NCBI RefSeq assembly: GCF_006345805.1
Contig: NC_042997.1
Location: 88,908,001 to 88,972,000, forward strand
DNA from: Octopus sinensis
Taxonomy: Eukaryota
Direction: 5' to 3'
DNA length: 64,000 nt
Position numbers and translations under genes: made by a program. A model generated the notes under the pieces. The model was not told the DNA's origin and did not search any database. It saw only the letters and a list, made by a program, of their open reading frames with translations. Below, piece after piece: positions 37,209 through 48,108 of this stretch (positions are counted from its first letter, which is position 1; every line of letters begins with the position of its first letter).

Positions 37209-37239
<31 letters not shown>

Positions 37240-37643
37240 GCATACAAACATGTATATATGTACGCATGCATACATAATGCAAATCTGTATTTGTGTGTGT
37301 GTGAGGGAGAAAGAAGAAGAGAGAGAGAGAGAAAGGGAGAAAGTGTGAGAGAGAATGGGTGAATGTGCATGTGTACATGTGTATTTGGGTGTGTGTGTGA
37401 ATGTGTGTGTGCGAGCACGCACGAATCTAGGTTTTCACAAATGAGGCTTGCTTCATCCATTGGCTATGATTGGAGAGTAAGTTCTGCTGTGACAAAGCAA
37501 AGTGCCTATTTTGAACTTCTTCCCGATTTATACTTGCAGATACACGCGGAGTTATATATACAAAAGCACATACACATTAACAAAAGAACAAACACACATG
37601 CTCAAATATACATATGCATATGTAAACACACATATATACACGT

Positions 37644-37717
<74 letters not shown>

Positions 37718-37879
37718 AGGCACACACACAGCAATCGTCCCATTATTTCCGTCCATTTTCTATAAGCCCTTTAAGACTACGGTGAGAAAAAAAGTGGGGT
37801 TTATAACAAATACCCATTCGTACTTCTTGCCTCTTCTCCATTCTCATACGTTCTCCCTCTCTCTTTCTCTCTTTTTCTT

Positions 37880-37917
<38 letters not shown>

Positions 37918-38642
37918 ACTCTCTCGCTCTTTCAACCCCGCCACCTGCTATCAAAACTTTACGGTCAATATTTTTATTTCATTTATGACATTTAATATCA
38001 ACAACCTCCACAACAAACATAAATAACACCTACAACATCAACAACAGTCACAATAGCGTTTACACTAAGAACAACCACAATATTGACAATTATAACAATA
38101 ATGATCATAACTGACATCTCAATAGTACAAAATGCTATTACAATAATAACCACAATAAAAAATACAATAACAACTAGAACAACGATATACATCGAAATTA
38201 TAATAGCTCGATAAACAAAATTTCTGTAGTACTTAGGTATAAAAACACGCACACGTGAGAGTGTACACATACGTACATACACACACATACACAGGCATAC
38301 ATGCACACACACACACACGCACACATGCATGTTTACATGCATGCCTCTGTGTGTGTGTGTGTGTGGTGTGTGTGTGTGTGTGTGTGTGTGTGAAGGTAAG
38401 ATCCAAGGATCAAGATGTAGGAAGTTAGTGGGCTTCAAACAGCCCGTGGAAGATATATAAAAAAAACAAATTTCAAGAACAATAGTTCAGACGGTTGTGA
38501 ATTTTTCCTTTATCGAAGTACGATAAGTTGAAAAAGGGTTATTTTATAGTTCATGGTTAGCAATTGCATATATGCGATTATATATATATATATAAGAAGG
38601 GATGGTATCATCACAAGTGGCAAGCGAATTATCAGTATACGT

Positions 38643-38673
38643 ATTAGCAATGCACCCTGGCGTTGCCCGGGTG
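38643..38673 (-). mobile_element. Possible degenerate Helitron 3' end
   Basis: TTAGCAATGCACCCTGGCGTTGCCCGGGT resembles the CTAGCAGTATCGCCCGGCGTTGCTCGGG terminus. No 5' end was found. Confidence 0.35.
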
Positions 38674-38794
38674 TTATGACCTACTACCACATTGCATTAC
38701 TTGTTCCTTTCTTATGGGCAGAATCAGTGCACGAGGAGTATGAAGCAAACAACTCTTCTTTATAAACATGTTTTTCGGTCATTTTCTGATGAAC

Positions 38795-38945
38795 AACGCT
38801 GCAGATTCCGTCTACCAAATTCAGCCACAATCCTGTGATTGGCCTAGGGCTATAGTAGAAAGCTCTTGCCCAAGGTGCCATGCAGAAGGACTGAACGTGG
38901 AACGATGTGGTTTGGAAGCAAACTTGTCAACCACACAGTCATTCT
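38795..38945 (-). mobile_element. SINE family A, 5' half
   Basis: Reverse complement of head and GGCACCTTGGGCAAGAGC core. Confidence 0.7.
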
Positions 38946-38953
38946 TGCATCTA

Positions 38954-39015
<62 letters not shown>

Positions 39016-39280
39016 GTGTTTACATTTGTTGTTAAATCGAATATTGTGTCCCACTTTGTCTCAAGCAGAGATCTATGAAATAAATGCTAGATTGAAATAC
39101 GTTCTGAGATCATTATGTCGTGGCGACAGTCAAAAGACTAAACTCAGCATGGCCAACTGAGATTCTAGATGTTATCCAGTTATTGCTTTCTTGGTCTACC
39201 CACAAGATCTGTCGGTTGGTTCGGTATGACGGATCCGTTCTACGAATCTTTCCTGCAACATTCTAATCACATGTCAGTAG

Positions 39281-40022
39281 CAGGGGTGTATATTCCGGGT
39301 ATGCTAGGTGTGCGCTGAACACCCATCGAAAATGGCAAATTCATTATAAATATTAATCTTACTCATTAATTTCATCACAAATCTTAATGGAAAATTAATG
39401 GAGACTTAATGGTTTCAAATTTAAAGTAATGGATTACTAACCACAAGATAATGAGTTGAAAACTTCGTATAGAACTTCCACTCTATACAATAACACTATA
39501 TGTACATCTCAGTCTACTTGACTTCTAACAATTAACAATTGTAATTTGAAGTTGAATGGTTGACTGTAAGAAAGTTGCCCAAATTTCTTTTAAAATTGTT
39601 GTGCAAAATATTCTGAGAAAAAGTTGTTTTTTTTCACCACAACAAAACACACAATCACACAGAGGTGTCTCTGTAGTAACTTGAGCTAGTACAGATAGCT
39701 GCCAAATCGCTCTTAAAACACGCCCTTTCATCAAAAGAAAGGCTCAGATTTACAGTATTTCAGGAAGAAAAAAACTATACGATGGGTCAGCTAATTCAGC
39801 GGAAACTCTTGGCTAAACAAAACACATAAAAACATACTTCACATTAAAAGATTATCTACTAAATAATACTAATAATGTTGACACCCATCGAAAATGGCAA
39901 ATTCATTATAAATATTAACCTTACTCATTAATTTCATCACAAATCTTAATGGACAACTTTTATTATACCCCTGCTTGAAATTTGGTGGCATAGGATATGA
40001 CAGCGTATCCAATACGCCACTA
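39281..40022. mobile_element. hAT-like MITE with an internal ~70-bp direct repeat
   Basis: Ends CAGGGGTGTA / TACGCCACTA; flanks GTCAGTAG and CTTAGTAG (6/8, possible decayed 8-bp TSD). CACCCATCGAAAATGGCAAATTC...CAAATCTTAATGG occurs at ~39320 and ~39883. Confidence 0.55.
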
Positions 40023-40089
40023 CTTAGTAGTACTAGAGCTGTGATCTCCCAATGCTGAGAAATAGCAGCTCGACCTAAAGAGACACCCT

Positions 40090-40295
40090 CAATCTCCAAA
40101 CTGCGCACCCTGACGAATAAAGTTATTCCAGAGATCCTCGAAGAAACAGCCTTTCAACCCACAAGTATTGGTGCATTTCGCGATGTTTGTAAGTGTCTAA
40201 TAGTAAAGTCGAGAAGTTGGGGTTTTACGCGAGAGTGACTACTTAACAGGGAGTTTGCAAATACAATCTGTGAGCGGAACAGTAAAATATGCCAC
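40090..40295 (+). mobile_element. Highly degraded RLE LINE C-terminal fragment
   Basis: FQPTSIGAF..VCKCL....WGF and SLQIQSVSGTVK; nucleotide similarity to 28340-28480 in opposite orientation. Confidence 0.6.
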
Positions 40296-40298
40296 AGG

Positions 40299-40680
40299 CT
40301 CACGGGCATGGCTGTGTGGTTAAAAAAATCTGTTTTGCAACCACTTGTTTTCGGATTCACTCCCACTGAACGGCACCGTAGGCAAATGTTTTCTGCTAGC
40401 CCTGGGATGACTAATGCCTTATGAGTGGATTTGGTAGGCAGAAAATGTGAGAAGCCCGTTGTATATATATATATGCGTATATGTATGTATGTGTGTGTGC
40501 ACGTGCGTGTATGTGAGTGTGTATTTTTCTCCCCTACGTGACAACCAGTGTTGTTTTGTTTACATCCTATACATAGCATTTCAGAAAAAAAATTAAGTAC
40601 TGGGTCAATTAACCCTACAATGTGGCGAGCTATCATGGTCGCAGTTCAATGAGTGAAACAAGCAAAGTCTAAAAGAATAA
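40299..40680 (+). mobile_element. SINE family A, diverged
   Basis: GGCATGGCTGTGTGGTTAA head through ATGGTCGCAGTTCAATGAGTGAAACAAG tail. Confidence 0.7.
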
Positions 40681-40778
40681 CTATTCACGTTCGAGAAATC
40701 ATTATTTCTTTTTCAGAAACTGACTTCTTTGAGGGAGGAATTCAAATAGTTAAAGAAAAAGATATACACATACACAGA

Positions 40779-41165
40779 GGCGCAGGCGTGGCTGTGTGGT
40801 AAGAAGCTTATTTCCCAGCCACATGGTTCCGGGTTTAATCTCACTGCGTGGCACCTTGGGCAAGTGTCTTCCACTATGGCCTTGGCCGACCAAAGCCTTG
40901 TGACTGGATTTGGTGGACGGAACTCGAAAGAAGCCTGTCGTATATCTATATATGTGGGGGTGGGGTGGTTGTCTGTATTTGTCCTCCCACCATCGCTTGT
41001 CAACTGGTGTTAGTGTATTTACGTCTCCGTAACTTAGCGGTTCGGCAAAAGATTCCGATAGAATAAGTACTAGGCTTACAAAGAATAAGTCCTGGGGTCG
41101 ATTTTTTCGACTAAAGGCGGTGCTTCAGCATGGCCGCAGTCAAATGACTGAAACAAGTAAAAAAA
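40779..41165 (+). mobile_element. SINE family A, full length
   Basis: Complete head, core, internal TA tract and tail; closely matches 62186-62606. Confidence 0.92.
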
Positions 41166-41858
41166 ATACATACACACACTCACATACACACATACATACA
41201 TATACAGATACAGATATACATATTAATTCACTCACATATTTAAAGACTCTTAGAATGAACTTGACTCAGAGAAAATTTGTCATTTTATTAGCGAGCAGCT
41301 TGTATTCTGCGAAGAACTTAAATAAATCTGAAAGGAAAACGTATACGCATACATACGTACATATATAATACACTTGCATGCATATTGGCACCTGTAAACA
41401 ATATCACTTTGTATACATCTACAGGATTCGGTGCACAAATCTATTAAACAAAAGATTTAAACAGAAATCTGAAAATAGAAAGGTTCTCCTGAGAAAGCTC
41501 CCTTCTCACAAAACATTCCTTTTCCCTCTCTCATACACACATACATACACACTCCTCTCCACATTCGTGCATACACTATACATATGCGTACACAGAAATG
41601 TATGGGAAAACTGAAGTAAAAAATATAACTAAATATAGACAATGTCGATATCTTTGTTAGGCCGACACCTCAGATTTATTAGTGTCAGTAGAAAACATTT
41701 CTCGTACATGACGTTCATGCTTTTTTCGGTTGAGCATTGATAATATAAATGAACCGAAATTGCTAGAATTGGAAGTGTAACGGAAGGACCTCACACGCTA
41801 GCATTCTATTTCTCTTCTTCGGTATTCGATACAGCAGATGTTATTAAAAAACATCATG

Positions 41859-42082
41859 AAGGCGGCGAGCTGGACAAAATGCTTAGCGATATTTCGCTCG
41901 TTGCTACGTTTAGTGCCCAATCTACCTGATTGCTACGTTCTGAGTTCAAATTCCTCCGAGGTCGACTTTTCCTTTCATCCTTTCGGGGGTCGATAAAATA
42001 AGTACCAGTGAAACACTGGGGTCGATGTAATCGACTAATCCCCTCCCCACAAATTTGAGGCCTTGTGCCTCCAGTAGAAAGA
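41859..42082 (+). mobile_element. SINE family B with tail 1
   Basis: AAGGCGGCGAGCTGG head, B-box, module and CCCCTCCCCACAAATTTGAGGCCTTGTGCCTCCAGTAGAAAG. Confidence 0.85.
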
Positions 42083-42100
42083 GTTTTTAAATAATATCAT

Positions 42101-42178
<78 letters not shown>

Positions 42179-42179
42179 A

Positions 42180-42985
42180 AACGGACTCTCCCGTCGTTAG
42201 ACGACGTATGAGGGTTCGGCACTTTTCTTGCCGAATGGAATGGCTGGATCATTGCCATGTACAGTGACATCTGGTCGATAGTTCGGATGAACGGTCACCC
42301 GTTCAACATCATGTGCTCGGTCCGCCAAGGATGCCCACTCTTCTCTCAGCTGTATGTATTTACTCTGGTGCCACCACTGCAGAAACTGGGAGCCTTGAAG
42401 AGCATCCCACGTGAAATAGGATCTGGGAGAACTGTCTCGGCATATGCGGACGACGTCACCGTCATAGACTTGGACGACAGGTACATCTACCTTATTGGTA
42501 ATTTCATAAAGGAATACGAGGCGATGACAGGAGCAAAAATAAACCAAGAAAAGTCAGTCGGCCTGCAACTCAGCACCTGGAGAGGCAGATCGATGCCGTC
42601 TAACAACGTCGTGGAACGATGGATGAACAGTCCGGTAAAATTGCTCGGGATCTGGTTCGATCCAGACCCTCAAATAGAGAAGAACTGAGACGAGGTAGCA
42701 GGCAGGGTGGCCAATCTCACCCAGAACTGGGCTGAGAGAAACCTTTCCCTGAAAGGACGGGCGGAGGTGGTGAATGTATACATCGCATCCTTCATCTACT
42801 ACAGCTAGGCCGTCGTTCCTTGACTTAATTCGTGCCTGAACAAGCTGGAACGCTTACCTTTCTGCTTTCTGTGAAAGGGACGCAGTCCGCTTGTCAGGCG
42901 CTCTATCTGCTGTCAACAGCCTCAGAATGGAGGCCTGGGCATGCCGTGGATAAAGATGCACAGACATGCGATGAGGTTGCAACAA
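42180..42985 (+). mobile_element. Tx1/L1-clade LINE reverse transcriptase fragment
   Basis: SVRQGCPL, SAYADDVTV, TGAKINQEKS, KLLGIWF, LSLKGRAEV, GLGMPW motifs. Confidence 0.9.
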
Positions 42986-43869
42986 GACTGGATATGAAAG
43001 TAATAACTACTAAATGTACAACAGATACAACAGCAAAGGTACCAAAAGACAAAAAAGCTACACCAACAGACACCGACCCAACAGATTTACTCCTCCCCAT
43101 GTCTGACTCGGACATCTGCAAAGAAACGAATAAAGAGTGGAAAGAACTTCCAAAAAAGAAGAAACGAAAATCGGACACAACCTCAGCACCTCCCTACGAT
43201 ACAGACACCTCACACAACCAATAACCACAATACCCACATTACCAACACCACCAGTACCACTGCCAGAACCGCACACAAAACAGAAACCACCATCGAAAAC
43301 CCTATTAAAGATCACGGCAATAAACACTAACAATGCACAACTTACGAATTACATACAAGAACACACCGACATCATCCCAAGCAATTTTCTTTGCGCACCA
43401 CCAACGCACCACCACATATTTAGATCCTCAGCATTCCAAACATCACCTTCATTGGCATATAAAACAAAAATTATCCAAATGCGGTGGGTAAATTTCAAAA
43501 AACTATTAGCAAGCTGTGTATAAAAATCTGAGGGTGGAAACACCCACAGCCAGCCAGAAGAGTGAGAAAACCCTCCCCCCAGCCAAAAACAGTAAGTAGT
43601 TTTTGGGGGCAAGAATATCTCGAATGACTGGGTCTGACTTGAGCATAAATTCCTAATCAAAGACAGGCTTTCACCCTAGCAATCAGGTAGTTATGTGGCT
43701 TGTGGGGTTTCCACGAACAACCCAGGAAGCCTTCCCCTTTTGAGGAATTACTGTTGTTAATTACTTACTATTGTTATTTTTTTTTTGTACACGCTTTCAT
43801 ATATGACCCAACTCGTATGTCTTGTACCGTCCCTCTATGTTGAGCCCTTAGTGACTAATAAAGAAAAGA
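42986..43869 (+). mobile_element. Probable LINE-derived segment (Thr/Pro/Lys-rich ORF1-like remnant plus 3' UTR ending AATAAAGAAA)
   Basis: Broken ORF with EWKELPKKKKRK; its 3' end resembles SINE B tail 2. The assignment is inferred. Confidence 0.45.
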
Positions 43870-43884
43870 ATTTCTTGCCGAATA

Positions 43885-44075
43885 ACCACACATGTCAAAT
43901 CGACATTACCTGTACAGGTGCATCATGTGCGTCATGTCAGATGACGAAATGATCGCAGGGCAACGTGAAATGAAGTGCTTTGCTCAAGAACACAACGCAA
44001 TGCTCCGTCTAGAAGTCGAAACCACGATCTCGGAATCGTGAGTGCAACATCCTAACTACTAAGTCATGCACTGTC
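43885..44075 (-). mobile_element. SINE with family C head and a third body type
   Basis: Reverse complement GTGCATGACTTAGTAGTTAGG...GTGGTTTCGACTTC...TTGTGTTCTTGAGCAAAGCACTTCATTTCACGTTG. Confidence 0.75.
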
Positions 44076-45636
44076 ACCCTCTGCTTGTAAAAGTATAAGT
44101 ATTATATGCATACATATATAATATGTATGCATATATTTAGTATAACGCATAAATATTTTCCCAAATTCAGGTAAAACGATCATTGTAGCTTAGTCTGAAC
44201 ATATATAGGGTCAATGTCTGCAAGGAAAAACCATAAGTAGGGAAGAAGTCAAGGGTCCTTGCCAGAGGCTTGCAACAGAATGAACGCTGCTAAAGGAATC
44301 CGAGCCTAAGGTGATGGTGTAAAACAGGGTGGCATGTTAAGTCCGGCGATTAGCTTATAGCATGAAGTAGATTTCAGATAAGTCTCTCTCTTGGGATAAG
44401 CAGCTGGTTTCATATCATGTAATATTCCAACTTCATTTAGTACTTATCTTTAACACACAAGGTGAACAGAAGCAATGAAAAATGAGCTGTATTCAGACTA
44501 GAACGATGAAACTTTTGCAACACATATTCACTCATCTATGAGCAAGCTGTCCGATAGCATAACTATGGGACAATTATAAAAAATCCTCTATATTTCTTTA
44601 CGTTTATCACTTTCATCACTATCATCATCGTCCTCACGCCACCACTACCACAACCTTCTTCACTCTTCCGCTGCCTTCTCCTCCTTTTCCTCTTTCTCTT
44701 CTTCCTCATTCTCATCATCATCATCTACTATTTTTCTTTTTGCCCTCCATTCTCTTCTCCGTCCCTTAATTGTATATTTTCACTTCAGGTCTCATAAAAG
44801 ATCTGTGATGTGTATGCATGTGTGTGTTTGTGTGAGTGAGTATGTACGTGTGTGTTTGTGTGAGTGTGTGTGTGTGCGTGTGTGTGCGTGTGTGTGCGTG
44901 TGTATGTGTGTGCGTGTGTGTGTGAGCGCGCGTATATGTGTGTTCTTTCCCTTTGAAACTGTAATCTAATCGTACCAACACTTAATCCAAAGAAAGCTAT
45001 TCTTAAAACAAATATATAACTACACCCACTGTGATATCATGTGAAGAATCCCATCAGCCTACCTCCCAAATGTGTACAGGAAATGGCGACTGTAAATAGA
45101 TTTGGGATCTCAGAGCGCCGAGAGAAAAAGAAGAGAAAAAGGATTAAAAAAACGCGTTGCTGCTTTCTTGAAGACTGCCTTCGCCATATTGGTTCATATG
45201 GTCTATCTTGGGAAACGAAGCTGGGAGATTACAAGATTTTGAAGAAATTGTAGCATGTTCACGGCTCTCTCCATTTCTTTTCCTCTCAACACCTCTCTCC
45301 CCCTCTCTCTGTTTATTTTCTTCTTTAATTTGTTTTCTCTTTTTCCTTTTCTCATTCAATTTTATATCCAAAATATTTCTCTGGTATTTCTTTCTTTTCT
45401 CTGTTTCATTTTTCTTCCCCTCTCTTTCATATCTTTTTATAGGTGCAAATAGACGCAATACATACGTCAATGCAGTATATCATCTATATCTAGCTATCTA
45501 ATATTGATATCTCTTTCCCCGCTTCTCTGTGTGTATATATATATATATATTCCTTCGTCATCCTCCCTTCTTATATTTTACTATATATTTAAATGTATGT
45601 ATATACATACATATATATATATATAATATATATATA

Positions 45637-45685
<49 letters not shown>

Positions 45686-45935
45686 TATACATACATATAT
45701 ATTTATATATATATGTCCATGTTTGTATATGCATATATATATATGTTATATAATATATGTGTGCGTGTGTGTATGTGTGTGTGTGATAGTAAAATGTAGC
45801 AAGGGAGAGCAACGAAAGAACATACGGAAAGCAAGAAACACGGGGACACTTTTATCCCTCATCTGTTGTTGACTAAAAATCATTACGATTTCGATAGAAA
45901 TAATGCGGTTATGTTTTTTTATATCGTCAAAATGA

Positions 45936-46010
45936 TACCATCGGTTTCACGCTGACTATTGTACTTGCCAGTATTCTTAAATGCAATAGCCAGTGTAAAA
46001 ACCGACGGTA
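45936..46010 (-). ncRNA. Candidate pre-miRNA-sized hairpin
   Basis: Arms of 26/27 nt (45936-45961, 45984-46010) and a 22-nt loop. Two plus-strand A-C mismatches, and possibly a third depending on bulge register, become G-U pairs on the minus strand. Confidence 0.4.
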
Positions 46011-46020
46011 ACATTGTGAC

Positions 46021-46174
46021 CATATATATATCTATAACCAGTAATATACTATTCGACGATCTAACGCGCGCGCGTGCACACACACACACACATACATATG
46101 TATGTATGAATGAATGTATATATATATATATCTATAACCAGTAATATACTATTCGACGATCTAACGCGCGCGCG

Positions 46175-46208
<34 letters not shown>

Positions 46209-46380
46209 TATGTATGTATGAATGAATGTATATATATATACATAAAAACACACACACACACATACATATGTATGTATGAATGAATGTATATATATATACA
46301 TAAAAACACACACACACACACACACACACACAACACACACACACACACATACATATGTATGTATGAATGAATGTATATAT
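46021..46380. repeat. Nested tandem duplications (~105-bp unit x2, ~55-bp sub-unit x4)
   Basis: TCTATAACCAGTAATATACTATTCGACGATCTAACGCG occurs twice; CATACATATGTATGTATGAATGAATG occurs four times. Confidence 0.9.
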
Positions 46381-46434
46381 ATATATATATAATATATATA
46401 TATATTATATATATATATATATATAATATATATA

Positions 46435-46485
<51 letters not shown>

Positions 46486-47214
46486 TACACATATATTATG
46501 CATATGTGTATGTATATATATATATATATATACATATATACAAATTATACATTACATATATTCATATATACATATGCATGCATATGTGTGTAGGTGCGTG
46601 AGTGTGAATGTGTGTGCGTGCATATATGTACGTGTGTGCACATGTATATGTGCGCATATATGTGTGCATGTGTGTCTGTGCGCGCATGTATGTGTGTGTG
46701 TGTAATACGTGTGTGAGCACATAAATACGGCAATATATACGTATGTGCGGATGTATCTGTGTTAGCGTTTGAGAGATTTTCTCTACCTGATTGAAGTTTT
46801 AAAAATCATGCTGGCCGGGCACCTGCTTGGGGGAAAGATTGTAAATAAAAGAATCGCTTTTTTTCTTTCTTTTTTTTTTTATTGTTGTCATCCTTAGCGT
46901 AACTGTTCACCTTCTGAATCTTTAGAAAATATTGCAGATTGTTATTGTCCCCGATAATGTCATCATCTATAGCACAAGAATTATGGAGCCATGTCCTTTC
47001 TCGAAGAATCTAAGAATGGCCGTTTGAACCGAGTGGGTTGTACTTAGATCCTGACTCCTCTAATAATGAGTAGAAAACTGAAGCCATATTTTGGGCACTG
47101 AATTTGCTGGCTTCTCATCAATGATCAGTGAGATGTCTGCATTCTTCCGTTTTTATTTAATGTATGTATGTTTGTATGTATGTATGTATGTATATATGTA
47201 TGTATGCATGTATG

Positions 47215-48108
47215 TCATTATTCAGTTTATTTGACGATTTCTTGCCGATAGAGAAAGAACTGATTTCTAACCTAGATCCAAGGTTCCTTCATTGGAATTT
47301 CAACATCAACAACTGGGTATTTTTGTATGTATGTATGTATGTATGTATGTATGCATGCATGTATGTATGTACGTGCAGATTTGTATGTTTTATGTATGTA
47401 TTCTCATGCATATTAGTTACATATCTAGACTTGTTCATATATATTTAAATGATAAACTTCTGGAGAGTTTTATGGATTCTTACAGTGTCAGTCGCGGAGT
47501 GGATCTGTAGTCTTCGAATTAGCTTTCTCTTTTCTGGTTTTGAGAAGCCTAATTTTTCAATATTGGTATATAAGCAGTGTGTTACATATCCCAAGGCCTC
47601 AATAATTACAGGTATAAATCTGAACTTGTAATCTGGAAAGAGTAACTGCAGATTTCTCAATAAATCAGCATAGGTGCTTTTCACTGATCTTCAGATTTAT
47701 GATAATATCTGCTGGTCAGCTAATTCCCATAACTGTGCATAGTTTCTCTTCTCTATTTCAAATCATTATTTCAGGTCTGTTGTGTTTACATTTTATTGAG
47801 GTCTTCACTGGTACATTCCACCAGTATTCCTTTTCATTATGAGTGGCTATGGCTTCTACTATCTTGTGGGTTTTTATTTCTTTGTCCTCGGGATTATACT
47901 TCGGATGGATTTCATTATAGAGTGTTCCAGCTACAACGTCATGTCTCATTGGTAGATAATACCGTGATGACATTTTCGGACAACTGCTTATGATGTGGGT
48001 GATATCTTTAGTGTGGACTCCACAAAGTCTGCTTCGGTTGTCACATCTTACGGCTTTTCCCGCATCTCTATCCCTTTTGTGCATCAGATACTTGGTTGAT
48101 ATTTCCTG
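47215..48108 (-). mobile_element. 5'-truncated R4-like RLE LINE flanked on both sides by (TACA)n
   Basis: QEISTKYLM...RLCGVHTKDITHIISSC (CCHC, first C mutated), RHDVVA, NRPEIMI, FIPVIIEALGYV...KFII*. A 230-bp 3' UTR contains an internal (TACA)n. TGTA runs at 47161-47214 and 48107-48186. Confidence 0.92.

Noticed and set aside
40160-40295. Shared TATTTTACTGTTCC.CTCACAG segments at 28342, 36493 and 40270 as paralogous splice acceptors
   Set aside because: They are the antisense of the conserved RLE C-terminal peptide SVSGTVKI, i.e. retrotransposon remnants.
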